Below, piece by piece: positions 28,339 through 38,348 of a stretch of DNA of 64,000 bases. This DNA comes from an uncultured Chloroflexia bacterium. GTDB lineage: Bacteria > Chloroflexota > Ktedonobacteria > Ktedonobacterales > Ktedonobacteraceae. The DNA is taken from NCBI GenBank assembly GCA_963778375.1, contig CAVZTX010000008.1:59366-123365 (forward strand). The letters run 5' to 3'. The notes beneath the pieces were generated by a model that saw only the letters and a list, made by a program, of their open reading frames with translations, was not told the origin of the DNA and did no database searches. The first letter of the stretch is position 1; each line of letters starts with the position of its first letter. The position numbers and the translations under genes are program-made.

Positions 28339-29406
28339 ATGGTCATTATCATCCGTAGACAAGCAACGAGCGAAGAGCGTGCTCAACTTATGGCATTGCT
28401 CTGGCAGACAATGGGGAGTCAACGCCCTGTTACTACAACAAAGCTAGATGAACGGGAAGTCATCGTACTTGACAGCAATCAGCTCGATGCGCAAGCACAT
28501 ACTATGATTAGCCAGCAGCGTGCAGTTGAGCGCATCTTGACCATTAACACCCCCTATAAGCTGGTAAGCAGAGCATTCAAAGCCGAAGATAGTATCGTTG
28601 TGGTAGGTGATGCAGCATGGAGTCAGCCTGTAACTATTGGAAATACAACTCCCGTCATAATGGCCGGACCATGTGCCGTAGAAAATAAGGACCAGCTTCT
28701 TTCTACCGCAAGTGCTGTCAAGGCTGCTGGAGCGCACATTCTTCGTGGTGGAGCGTTCAAACCTCGCACCTCGCCATACCAGTTCCAGGGGCTTGGTATC
28801 GAGGGACTTCACCTGCTGGCAAAGGCCAGGGAGGAGACCGGGCTGCCCGTAATTACCGAGGTTATGGAGCCGGACATGGTCGAAACGGTCGCGGAATACG
28901 CCGACATTTTACAAATTGGCACCCGCAACATGCAAAATTTCCCGCTCTTGCTTGCCGCTGGTCAGAGTAGCCGGGGGCGACCGGTAATGCTCAAGCGCGG
29001 ACTTGCCGCTACCATCGATGAATGGCTCTTGGCGGCAGAGTACATCGTTGCGGCAGGCAATCCCAATGTGATATTGTGTGAACGCGGGGTCCGTAGCTTC
29101 GACTCACAAACACGCAACCTGCTCGACCTCGCCTGCGTAGCGCTACTTCATGAATTGACCCATCTACCGGTCATTGTTGACCCTAGTCATGCAACAGGTC
29201 GTCGCGAACTGGTGCAAGCCATGTCTCGTGCTGGCATCGCTGCTGGTGCTCAAGGACTTATCCTTGAAGTCCATCCCGATCCTAATAGCGCCCTCTGTGA
29301 TGGCCGTCAATCTATTACACCTGAACAATTGCAGACCATCGTCACCGAAACGCGCCTTATTACCGACGTAATACAAGGAAGAGCAAACCTGTCATATGTA
29401 GCATAG
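28339..29406 (+). CDS. 3-deoxy-7-phosphoheptulonate (DAHP) synthase, type I-beta with N-terminal regulatory domain
   Basis: [36 protein letters not shown] and VDPSH motifs of KDO8P/DAHP-synthase I-beta. An N-terminal extension of about 100 aa precedes them. Confidence 0.85.
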   Translation: MVIIIRRQATSEERAQLMALLWQTMGSQRPVTTTKLDEREVIVLDSNQLDAQAHTMISQQRAVERILTINTPYKLVSRAFKAEDSIVVVGDAAWSQPVTIGNTTPVIMAGPCAVENKDQLLSTASAVKAAGAHILRGGAFKPRTSPYQFQGLGIEGLHLLAKAREETGLPVITEVMEPDMVETVAEYADILQIGTRNMQNFPLLLAAGQSSRGRPVMLKRGLAATIDEWLLAAEYIVAAGNPNVILCERGVRSFDSQTRNLLDLACVALLHELTHLPVIVDPSHATGRRELVQAMSRAGIAAGAQGLILEVHPDPNSALCDGRQSITPEQLQTIVTETRLITDVIQGRANLSYVA

Positions 29407-29550
29407 AAATTGCCTCTCGACTGAAGCTGTATCCTTATGGTATACTCCTGATACAAGAGGGAGGCTGACATATCGGGCTTACAGTCTATTCACGGATTCA
29501 TTTGTTCATTTGCATAATCAAGCCCTATGCAGCATCGGGAGACACAACAT

Positions 29551-30123
29551 ATGCCAACACGTATCATTATCGCTGACGACGAAACTATTCAGCGCATGGA
29601 TCTAAAAGATGTATTGACGAAGCAGGGCTATCTCGTGGTAGGTGAGGCGGGTGATGGTGCAAGTGCCGTCAACCTGGCGCGTGAAGTACGTCCTGACCTG
29701 GTCATTATGGATATTCGCATGCCTGACATGGACGGCATCACAGCCGCCGAGACACTTACACAGGAAAAGATTGCACCTGTCTTATTGCTCACCGCCTTTG
29801 GCGACCAGCCCTTGGTCGAACGTGCAAAAGAAGCCGGTGTCGTTAATTACATCGTGAAGCCGCTGCGTGAGAGCGAAGTGACTCCTGCCATCGAAGTCGC
29901 GCTCGCACGCTACAGCGAATTTCGTGCCCTTGAAGAAAAGGCACGTACCCTCACCGACCAATTAGAGACTCGCAAAGTCGTCGAGCGTGCCAAGGGCCTA
30001 TTGATGGAAAAACAAGGCCTCTCAGAGCAGGAAGCCTTCCGTAAAATACAGAAGGCCAGCATGAACAATCGTAAATCTATGCGTGAAGTGGCGGAGGCAA
30101 TCCTGCTGACAAATGAAATGTAA
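29551..30123 (+). CDS. ANTAR-domain response regulator (AmiR/NasT-like)
   Basis: REC domain IIIADDE...DLVIMDIRMPDMDG. C-terminal ANTAR LETRKVVERAKGLLMEKQGLSEQEAFRKIQKASMNNRKSMREVAEAIL. Confidence 0.8.
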   Translation: MPTRIIIADDETIQRMDLKDVLTKQGYLVVGEAGDGASAVNLAREVRPDLVIMDIRMPDMDGITAAETLTQEKIAPVLLLTAFGDQPLVERAKEAGVVNYIVKPLRESEVTPAIEVALARYSEFRALEEKARTLTDQLETRKVVERAKGLLMEKQGLSEQEAFRKIQKASMNNRKSMREVAEAILLTNEM

Positions 30124-30177
30124 ATAAGGAGTAATGCAGCGTTGCATTGCTCCTTTGTCTAGCAAGGCCTGGAAACA

Positions 30178-31200
30178 ATGTTAGCAGCAACGAACGTACA
30201 GAACGTCGTTACCATCGTCGGCATTCGTTTTCGTCCTGCAGGGCGCATCTATTACTTTGACCCACAGGGGCAATCATATACAACCGGTCAGTTTGTCATT
30301 GTTGAAACGGTGCGAGGTGTAGAGGCTGGACGCGTCGTCATTGCCTCGAAGAAGTTAGCGGAAAGCGAACTGAGTGATCCTTTAAAGCCCGTACTTCGCC
30401 TGGCCAACGAAGATGAACTGCGGATGATGCTCTCATTCAAAAGTAAAGAGAAAGACGCACTTGTCCGTTGCGCCCAACAGGTCGAACAACACAAACTGCC
30501 TATGAAACTGGTCGAGGCAGAATATACCTTTGATGGCAGCCGATTGACCTTTTACTTCACGGCTGATGAGCGCGTTGATTTTCGAGCGCTGGTGCGCGAT
30601 CTGGCGGCAACCTTCCGCACGCGTATCGAATTGCGACAAATCGGGGCGCGCGATCAAGCCAAGCTGCAAGGCGGAGTAGGGGTATGCGGCAAAACCTTGT
30701 GTTGCAGCTCATGGATTACCGATTTTGGGGTTGTCTCTATCAAGATGGCAAAGGAGCAGGATTTACCGCTCAATCCCTCCAAAATCTCAGGTGTATGTGG
30801 TCGTCTGTTATGTTGTCTTTCATATGAAAACGACAACTACATTCAGGCAAAACAGGATATGCCCCAGATTGGTACCATGCTCAACACACCCAGCGGTCCG
30901 GGCAAGGTTGTTTCAATCAATGTACCGAAGGAATCGGTTGAGGTGATGCTAGAGAGCGGCGTCATCATCCAGGTACCGGTAAGGCCACCAGTAGAGTTAG
31001 AGGACCTAAAAAAGAGTCAGGGTGGTTGCGGAAGTTGTAGCGCCACTGGTGGTGGCTGCGGTACATGTGGAGGAGGTTGTAGTACAGGTGGTGGTTGCAG
31101 TTGTGGTAAAAATACTGGCAGTTCCAATACCGCTAAAGGTACTGGCGGATGTGGTTCTTGTGGCATAAAAAGAAAGGCGCTCACTTCAGAAGCGAGGTAA
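30178..31200 (+). CDS. PSP1/RicT (YaaT)-like protein with Cys/Gly-rich C-terminal tail
   Basis: RLTFYFTADERVDFRALVRDLAATFRTRIELRQIGARD...CGKTLCCSSW...CGRLLCCLSYEN matches the PSP1 C-terminal domain. Tail reads GGCGSCSATGGGCGTCGGGCSTGGGCSCG...GGCGSCG. Confidence 0.75.
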   Translation: MLAATNVQNVVTIVGIRFRPAGRIYYFDPQGQSYTTGQFVIVETVRGVEAGRVVIASKKLAESELSDPLKPVLRLANEDELRMMLSFKSKEKDALVRCAQQVEQHKLPMKLVEAEYTFDGSRLTFYFTADERVDFRALVRDLAATFRTRIELRQIGARDQAKLQGGVGVCGKTLCCSSWITDFGVVSIKMAKEQDLPLNPSKISGVCGRLLCCLSYENDNYIQAKQDMPQIGTMLNTPSGPGKVVSINVPKESVEVMLESGVIIQVPVRPPVELEDLKKSQGGCGSCSATGGGCGTCGGGCSTGGGCSCGKNTGSSNTAKGTGGCGSCGIKRKALTSEAR

Positions 31201-31228
31201 TTATTCAAGTTTTGAAAGGGAGGCACAA

Positions 31229-32773
31229 ATGTCATCGGAAGAAGAAGAGGACTCTCGTGCCATATGGCAAAATAGCAATATGAACTGGGATCAGTCATTT
31301 GATTCTTATGATATGTCACCTCCTGAAGAAGATCAGGAACAGTTACAAACCGCTAGTCAGGCATATGCACAAGTTGAGGATGACGAAGAGCTTGCAAACC
31401 CCTCCCCTTTGAGTTCGGAAGGCTTGCAGCAGATCGGTCGCCAATTTTCCTTTGTAATTGTGCCCTTGCTGTTCGCCCTGGTGATCTGCGTCATCACTTT
31501 ACCTTTCACACTCCCCGACACTCCTACGCGTCATATATCCTTCCTGCCCATGGTTTTCCTGCTTATTATACTTGCTGTAGCGCAGGGAGCAGCCCTCTAT
31601 TTTGCAGGCCCTAATGATAATTTCTGGTTACTCTCCGTCACGATCGGCTTCTGTCTTTTCGTACTCCTGGGCAGTTACGCCGTATTTGGGCTTGCTTTCA
31701 GTGGTATCATGCTCATCATCCTCTTAGTTCTCGGTATCATCCTGGCACAAAGATGCATTCGTCTCGTACCGGAGGGGCGGGTCGATATCGTCCAGTCATT
31801 CGGCAAATATACACGCACCCTCTTCCCTGGCTTTAACATAATTCGGCCCTGGGAACATGTAAGCAGCGAGTTAAATGTACGTGAAACGCCCTGGGTATGT
31901 CCAAAACAGTTGGTAAGTATCTTGCACGGCCAGGAGGTCGAACTAACGGCCCAGATATCGTATCAACTGATGCCCGAGGATGCCTATCTCGCCGTCTTGC
32001 ATGTTCAAAACTGGGAAAGCAGCTTGCACGACCTCTTCATCACAACCATCCATTCCGATGTCCATGAACTCTCGCCAGAAGATTTTACTGGGCCACACAG
32101 AAAATCAAATGCTGGTGGTGCACCTGATTCCACCTTAGCAAGACTTTGGGATCACGTAAGCGCACGCCTCTGGGGGGATATGCAAGATAAGGTTGCACCC
32201 TGGGGCGTCCAGGTTAACTGGGTGAAAATCCGAGACATGAATCTTTTGCCGCGTATACCTGACGCAGCCGCCCAGGGAAATGTACACCCTATGAACATGG
32301 GAGCAACTCGCGGTGCTGGTTCGGTACCCACTCCAACAGTTCATGCAAACTTCGCACCTCATCAGCAATACGGAGCAGGACAGAGAGGACAGTTCACCTA
32401 CGCGGCTCCGCCTCCGGCAGCTCCGGTAAATCCTCCTTCACCTCCACCTGCATCTTCCTCAGCAGATCAAACTGTAGTAGTATCACCGGAAGCTAAAAAC
32501 GAGGCTTTAATCGACGCATATGAGGGCATACGTGTCGGTAATATCACTGATCCTGTGCTTATTCGAGACTTAGCCCAGCGCTTCTTGAACATCGCGAGAA
32601 ATCCCGAGGCCAACAACAACTTTCCATTCGATGCTGAACGAGCGGCACACGCCTTATTCCAACGCGCAAAATCGTACGAAGATTCAGCGAATGCCAGTGC
32701 TTATGATGCCAATACCGAAGCTGATATGCCAAGACGTCGTCGTGCTAATGACAATTTGATGGCCGGTGGCTAG
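31229..32773 (+). CDS. SPFH/band-7 (stomatin/flotillin-like) membrane protein with long Pro-rich C-terminus
   Basis: Acidic N-terminus and multi-TM segment, then LVPEGRVDIVQSFGKYTRTLFPGFNIIRPWEHV matching the start of an SPFH domain. PPPAAP-rich tail. Confidence 0.55.
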   Translation: MSSEEEEDSRAIWQNSNMNWDQSFDSYDMSPPEEDQEQLQTASQAYAQVEDDEELANPSPLSSEGLQQIGRQFSFVIVPLLFALVICVITLPFTLPDTPTRHISFLPMVFLLIILAVAQGAALYFAGPNDNFWLLSVTIGFCLFVLLGSYAVFGLAFSGIMLIILLVLGIILAQRCIRLVPEGRVDIVQSFGKYTRTLFPGFNIIRPWEHVSSELNVRETPWVCPKQLVSILHGQEVELTAQISYQLMPEDAYLAVLHVQNWESSLHDLFITTIHSDVHELSPEDFTGPHRKSNAGGAPDSTLARLWDHVSARLWGDMQDKVAPWGVQVNWVKIRDMNLLPRIPDAAAQGNVHPMNMGATRGAGSVPTPTVHANFAPHQQYGAGQRGQFTYAAPPPAAPVNPPSPPPASSSADQTVVVSPEAKNEALIDAYEGIRVGNITDPVLIRDLAQRFLNIARNPEANNNFPFDAERAAHALFQRAKSYEDSANASAYDANTEADMPRRRRANDNLMAGG

Positions 32774-32777
32774 ATAG

Positions 32778-34541
32778 CTACTTCATTACATGAATATTAT
32801 CGATAGCGTTCCTTAGCGTGGTTACCTCAGCGTTCAGATTTAGTATCTGCTGGCTCATCGCTGCCGTCTTTTCCTGTTCGGCTCGTACAAAGCGCGTGTA
32901 TGGTGCAATCGCATCCTGCACGCGGCTAATCGCGTTCTGCAGTTCTCTTCGGAACTGTTCCTCCATCGCGTTGTGCAGCCGTATGCGTAGCTCTCGCATC
33001 TTTTCATCAAAGTTGTCTTTGGCACGAGCGCGACGAGCTGGAATGATATAGAGTCCAAGTCCAATCAGTACGATACCCGCCAGAATACCCGTCACATCTG
33101 CTGCTGCAGTTCCTACAAATGCGACAATCGCTGCACCCAGCCCAATGCCTCCTGCCCCTGTAATAGCTGCCTGCGTAACCGCGCTGCGCAAATCCTGCGA
33201 AAGTTCCTGTGCCTCTGCTTCGCGGTTGTAGGTTTTCACCACATTATTAGCGCTTCGCGCCACCGACTGGAGCAAGGTACGGCGGTTATAGTCAAACTGT
33301 CGGCCTACTACTCCTACCATCTCGCTATCTCGCCGTGCGCTCACCTGACGCCGTCGATCAAGGTACTCCATCACATCTTGCCAGAGTCGGTGCTCATGCT
33401 CCACCAGCCAGTCAATTAATTGCTGCACAGCCTCGTCAATGCGTGCCGAGCTATCGCCGATCACATCCTTCTCAAACTCTTCACGCACTCGTTGTGCCTG
33501 GATCAGGTCGAAGATACGCCCCAGCCGGATAGTATCATCAAAAAAACGATCGCCACGTCTTCCCATGTCAAGCACGATATTCTCGATTTCACTGAGCCGG
33601 TGCGAAAAGTTCTGCTCCATATCCTCGCGATACAGCCGCAGTTGATCATCGATAGCACTAACCGTACGCGCATCTTCCGCCAGCAGGCTACTGCGCTGCT
33701 CAACTATCGTCTGTGTATCTGTAAGTAGACGCTGCATCACTCCAAGCGGACTGAGCAGCTTCAATCGCACCCGTTCCGCTTCGTCCAACGTGCGGAAAAG
33801 ATATTCCTCCAACGCGCCAAAACGGCTACCCTCCCACAATCTCACCGCCTCGTGTCCCATCGCCGCATGCGCCTGTTGCACCCTTAGCGCAGAGACAGGA
33901 AAAATCTCAGGTTGAAACCCCAGCAAGTTTTTACAATTCTCGTGTACAAAGGCAATCACCTCAGCAAGCGCCTCTGGTGTGCGTAACAAGTCTATCTTGT
34001 TGAGAACAATCACCACCTTTTTCCCCCACGTGCGAATGCGCTCCAGAAATGCGCGTTCACTCTCCGTAAACGGTCGATCTACTGAAGTCACGAACAGGAT
34101 CATGTCACTGCGAGGGATAAAATCTTCAGTGAGTTGTTCATGCTTGCGCAGTACGGCATTCACACCGGGGGTATCGACGATGGTGATATCTTGCAGAAAA
34201 TCAGCCGGGTAACTCAGTTCGAGAATAGCGGCGTCACGCAGTCGCTTCGAATTCGATTCTCCATAGCGCAGCATCGTGACTTGATTCGTCGTAGGAACAA
34301 CCCCTTCCTCCAACACATTAGCATGGAGTAGAGCATTGATACAAGCGGATTTTCCCGCGTTGAACTCACCCACAACAACCAACAAAAAAAGTTCGTCCAG
34401 CGCGGTCGTCACTTGCCTTAACGTTGTAGCATACGTACCTGCTTCCTCAAAACCGACCAGGCATGCCTGTAATTCGTTGGCTACCTGCCGCTCCTGCTGT
34501 AAAAGGTCTCGCTGTTGATCCTGTAATACGACCCCTACCAT
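32778..34541 (-). CDS. bacterial dynamin-like GTPase
   Basis: G1 GEFNAGKSACINALL, G3 DTPG, G4 NKID. Long helical stalk. Hydrophobic paddle AGGIGLGAAIVAFVGTAAADVTGILAGIVLIGLGLYII near the C-terminus. Confidence 0.8.
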   Translation of the reverse strand: MVGVVLQDQQRDLLQQERQVANELQACLVGFEEAGTYATTLRQVTTALDELFLLVVVGEFNAGKSACINALLHANVLEEGVVPTTNQVTMLRYGESNSKRLRDAAILELSYPADFLQDITIVDTPGVNAVLRKHEQLTEDFIPRSDMILFVTSVDRPFTESERAFLERIRTWGKKVVIVLNKIDLLRTPEALAEVIAFVHENCKNLLGFQPEIFPVSALRVQQAHAAMGHEAVRLWEGSRFGALEEYLFRTLDEAERVRLKLLSPLGVMQRLLTDTQTIVEQRSSLLAEDARTVSAIDDQLRLYREDMEQNFSHRLSEIENIVLDMGRRGDRFFDDTIRLGRIFDLIQAQRVREEFEKDVIGDSSARIDEAVQQLIDWLVEHEHRLWQDVMEYLDRRRQVSARRDSEMVGVVGRQFDYNRRTLLQSVARSANNVVKTYNREAEAQELSQDLRSAVTQAAITGAGGIGLGAAIVAFVGTAAADVTGILAGIVLIGLGLYIIPARRARAKDNFDEKMRELRIRLHNAMEEQFRRELQNAISRVQDAIAPYTRFVRAEQEKTAAMSQQILNLNAEVTTLRNAIDNIHVMK

Positions 34542-34734
34542 AGTTTGTATACTACTTTCTATTATGTCAAGATGGATGCGTAAATAACTGCCCTCTAATA
34601 TTATTACGTAAAGAAAGCATAATAGTGGCAGACCTGGGTAGGGGAGATCGAAACTCTCTGCCGAATACTACCGTTATATTTGTATTAGCCACTGCAATAT
34701 TGTTGAAAACAGAGCACCCAGGTAGGAGCAATAC

Positions 34735-35229
34735 ATGAGAAACGATTTGAATACTGCAAAAACTCAACCCGGCCTATCCTGGTTAAGTGGTGCAATTGCC
34801 GGATTTATAGGCACCGCCCCAATGACCGTTTTCATGCTGGTCACCCAACGCTTCCTCCCAAAGGGTCAGCGCTACGCTCTCCCACCCGAAATTATCACAG
34901 AAGAGTTGGCGCATCGCGCACATGTCAGGCATCACATGAACAAACAACTGGTCTTAGCCGCAACAACGGTCTCTCATTTTGGCTACGGCACAGCTATGGG
35001 TGCTCTCTATAGCCCCCTTGGAAAGAAGTTGCCTCTGCCTGGTATCGTGAAAGGCGTAATCTTCGGTGTGCTGGTATGGGCTGCCAGCTATCTCGCTTTA
35101 TTACCCATGAGTGGCATGTTGGAATCCGGCCAGAGGGAACCGGCGCAGCGAAATCTCATGATGATTGCAGCCCACGTTGTATGGGGAGCGGCAATGGGAG
35201 CGACAGCAGATACTCTTATGCATCAATAG
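34735..35229 (+). CDS. hypothetical membrane protein
   Basis: 164 aa with about 4 TM helices. No recognised motif. Confidence 0.35.
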   Translation: MRNDLNTAKTQPGLSWLSGAIAGFIGTAPMTVFMLVTQRFLPKGQRYALPPEIITEELAHRAHVRHHMNKQLVLAATTVSHFGYGTAMGALYSPLGKKLPLPGIVKGVIFGVLVWAASYLALLPMSGMLESGQREPAQRNLMMIAAHVVWGAAMGATADTLMHQ

Positions 35230-35412
35230 AGTGTATCTGCGCTCATCAAGTATCCAATCCATAACCATTCAAATGGTACCAGGCAGTAATGGTATCGGAT
35301 TATGGAAAATAAAAAAGTGAGCTACACGACCTATCATATGTAGAAAGTGTACCCCGTCCATGAATCAATCCGATTCACGTCCTAGAACGATACACCGACT
35401 TCCAAATTGCCA

Positions 35413-36199
35413 TCATATCTTCTGTTCTTCCAACCACCCTAAAATCCTCTTCGCTACATCTTCCCATCCATGATCCAACATCAAATCATGCGCCATATTG
35501 GGAAAAATCTCAGCCTGAGTAGAATAAGCACGCCCCGTCGCCTCAACTTCCTTACGCGTGAAAATAGTATCTCTACCCCCACCCAGAACAAGCATCGGCG
35601 TTTTTACGCGTTTAGGTCGCGGCAAATTCACAATCATATCGACGAAGGCACGGTATGATTCATTTTGCATTCAGCTTGAAATAAGTGTTCACCTTTTCTT
35701 CAGGCATAGTTGGTGAGAAGAACATTTCGCGCGTAAGCTGCGGCGTCTCTATAATGGGGTAGAGCTTCAAGCTAAGATTGACCTTCGAAAATTGTAAGGG
35801 ATGATGAACGGCTATATTCAGAGTGGTACGCAGAGTGCCGTTGGGCGGTACGGATGCCATCAAGACTGCCGCCGGTACCTGGTGCGTTTCCAGGTACTTC
35901 TGGACAACTAAGCCACCAAGCGAATGGGCTATCAGCACAGGAGGTCTTTCAAGCAGACTTACGACTTGCGACACATCCGAGACATAATTCGCTATGCTCG
36001 TCCAACGCAATCGATCAACCCCCTCACTTTTACCATGACCTCGTAAATCTAGAGCATAAGATGCATAGCCATGTTGCGAGAAATAGGGAAGAAAATGCTC
36101 TTCCCAGCACCATGCGCAATGCCAGGCTCCATGTACGAAAAGAAGGGGTGTCGGACGAGGATTACTTTCCGGTTTACGACTAACAACTTCCAGATGCAT
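35413..36199 (-). pseudogene. alpha/beta hydrolase split by a frameshift (N-terminal 179-aa ORF 35660..36199 + C-terminal 85-aa ORF 35413..35670)
   Basis: LLFVHGAWHCAWCW...GHGKSEG...AHSLGGLVVQKY (nucleophile elbow GxSxG) in the first ORF. The C-terminal catalytic-His region (MAHDLMLDHGWEDV) is in the other frame. 11-nt overlap near a tttt run. Confidence 0.55.
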
Positions 36200-36209
36200 A
36201 TTACATCTA

Positions 36210-36710
36210 CTACTGCTCCTCTTTCACCTGCTCTAGTGCCTGCTTCAATTCTTCATACACGCTATCAAGATGCTCAGGAATAACCTTAATATCCGCAAGC
36301 ACTGGCATAAAGTTCGTGTCGCCATTCCAGCGCGGCACAATGTGGAAGTGCACGTGCTCATCAAAGCCTGCTCCCGCCACTTTGCCCTGGTTGATGCCCA
36401 TATTGAAACCATCAGGATTCATCGCAAGTCGCAATGCTCGTAGTGCTAACTGCGCCTGCGCCATCAACTCGGCAAGCGTTTCAGCATTCAGATTCTCAAT
36501 GGTTCCCTCGTGTTGGTAGGGAGCGACCATAAGATGCCCATTATTGTAGGGGTAAAGGTTCAGCATCATGAAACAGCGCTCACCACGATAGAGGATGTGG
36601 TGCTCTGCATCATTATTATCAGCCGGGTAGGCGCAAAAAATGCAAACCTTCGGCTGCTGTGTTTTGGGCGCAATAAAAGCCATGCGCCAGGGTGCCCATA
36701 AATTTTCCAT
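36210..36710 (-). CDS. HIT-family (GalT-like / Ap4A phosphorylase-like) nucleotidyl hydrolase/transferase
   Basis: HVHFHIVPRW histidine triad. N-terminal CIFC zinc-like motif. Size is 166 aa. Confidence 0.65.
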   Translation of the reverse strand: MENLWAPWRMAFIAPKTQQPKVCIFCAYPADNNDAEHHILYRGERCFMMLNLYPYNNGHLMVAPYQHEGTIENLNAETLAELMAQAQLALRALRLAMNPDGFNMGINQGKVAGAGFDEHVHFHIVPRWNGDTNFMPVLADIKVIPEHLDSVYEELKQALEQVKEEQ

Positions 36711-36744
36711 GCTGTTAGTATAGCATAAATTTGGCTATGGGTAA

Positions 36745-37125
36745 TTATGCTTGTGAGGATACTTCCGCGGAGGCTGCATCTGGCAGTGGTAACCACTGCT
36801 CTGCCCAATGATGGATCGCCTCTACCACCGGTTTGAGGTCATGTCCCTTATCGGTGAGCCGGTACTCAACGCGGACAGGAATTTGCGGATACACTACCCG
36901 CTCAATCACGCCTTCATGCTCCAGTTCACGCAGGCGGTCGCTGAGAACGCGATCGGAAAGTCCCTCTACTGTAGCAGTAAGCTCGCAAAAACGCCGTGGG
37001 CCTTGCATAAGCAAATCCAGGATCAGCCCTGTCCAGCGTTTTCCCAACAACTGAATTGCGTGCTCATAACGCGGGCACATCTGATTATCTTGTGATGAAA
37101 TTGTGTCTATCGGCTTCGTTGCCAT
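36745..37125 (-). CDS. HxlR-family winged-helix transcriptional regulator
   Basis: CPRYEHAIQLLGKRWTGLILDLLMQGPRRFCEL...GLSDRVLSDRLRELEHEGVIERVVY is the typical HxlR/DUF24 signature. Confidence 0.8.
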   Translation of the reverse strand: MATKPIDTISSQDNQMCPRYEHAIQLLGKRWTGLILDLLMQGPRRFCELTATVEGLSDRVLSDRLRELEHEGVIERVVYPQIPVRVEYRLTDKGHDLKPVVEAIHHWAEQWLPLPDAASAEVSSQA

Positions 37126-37421
37126 TATTCCTTGCCTGCTCTTTCTGATCGCATCCTGATCAGAACAGAATACTCATTGTGTACCCATACTATACCATGT
37201 TTGCTTCTCTAACGCAAGGAATGCTACTTACTTTTCGTAAGTTTGAGATACTCCTCCTTACCACCGAAAAATCCAACATTGTCCTCAAATAACCTACTCT
37301 TTTACCCAGGTGATAACTAGCCAAATGGGTGATGCCAGTTAACAAAGCATCAGGTATAGTATTGTTCAGAAAGGTATTCACAGAGAGACCTGATCCATTT
37401 AGCCAACCGAAAGAGAAGAAT

Positions 37422-38336
37422 ATGACGCAACAAGCAACAACGGATACAGACGTATTGAAAGCGCTTTCGAATCAAATGGCCGATGCAGTTGAGCAAGCCA
37501 GTTCAGCACTGGTACTTGTCAACGGTCGTCCAAGACAGCCCGGCAGCGGAGTTGTCTACGCACAAAATATGATATTGACTGCTGATCATGTGCTGGAACG
37601 CGAGGAAGACCTGACCGTCTTGACGCACGATAAACGCACGCTACCAGCACAATTTGTAGGTCGTGACCTGGCTACCGACCTGGCGGTCCTGCGAGTAGCC
37701 GACCTCGGCCTCGAGATAGCTAAAGTGGCATCTGAGCCAGCACGAGTCGGTCAGCTTGTGCTCGTCGTGGGGCGATCTTCGAGTGAAGGACCAATGGCAA
37801 GTGTCGGTATTATTAGTGCGATTGGTGGTCCGCTCCGTTCTGGAAGAGGTGTTACACTCGAGCGCTACATTCGAACCGACGCAACTGCCTACCCTGGCTT
37901 CTCAGGAGGGCCACTGATTGACACCCAAGGAACAGTGCTTGGCATTACAACCACAGGATTGGTAAACGGTGTTGCGCTTGCAATCCCGTCGAATATCGCG
38001 TGGAGCATCGCGGATACGCTGGCTCAACAGGGCTACATCAAACGAGGCTATCTTGGCATCAGCAGCCAGCAAGTCCATCTCCCTCCCAATCAGCGAGCGA
38101 AAGAGTCGCAGGAACGTGGCCTACTCATCGTACGAGTTGATGATGATAGTCCCGCTCAAAAGGGTGGCCTACTGCTAGGCGATATCCTCGTTACTCTCAA
38201 TGGACAATCGGTGAGCGAGACAGAAGATCTCCAGGCATTGTTGACCAGTAACCGCGTTGGTAAAGCCATTGCAGTTGAGGTCATTCGTGGTGGCACACTC
38301 CAAACCCTCTCGGTGACAGTTGGTCAGCGCTCATAA
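37422..38336 (+). CDS. HtrA/DegP-like trypsin-family serine protease with C-terminal PDZ domain (no signal peptide)
   Basis: GSGVVY, TADHV, D...LAVL, GFSGGPLID catalytic triad context. PDZ LLIVRVDDDSPAQKGGLLLGDILVTLNG. Confidence 0.75.
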   Translation: MTQQATTDTDVLKALSNQMADAVEQASSALVLVNGRPRQPGSGVVYAQNMILTADHVLEREEDLTVLTHDKRTLPAQFVGRDLATDLAVLRVADLGLEIAKVASEPARVGQLVLVVGRSSSEGPMASVGIISAIGGPLRSGRGVTLERYIRTDATAYPGFSGGPLIDTQGTVLGITTTGLVNGVALAIPSNIAWSIADTLAQQGYIKRGYLGISSQQVHLPPNQRAKESQERGLLIVRVDDDSPAQKGGLLLGDILVTLNGQSVSETEDLQALLTSNRVGKAIAVEVIRGGTLQTLSVTVGQRS

Positions 38337-38348
38337 GGGACAACTTAG

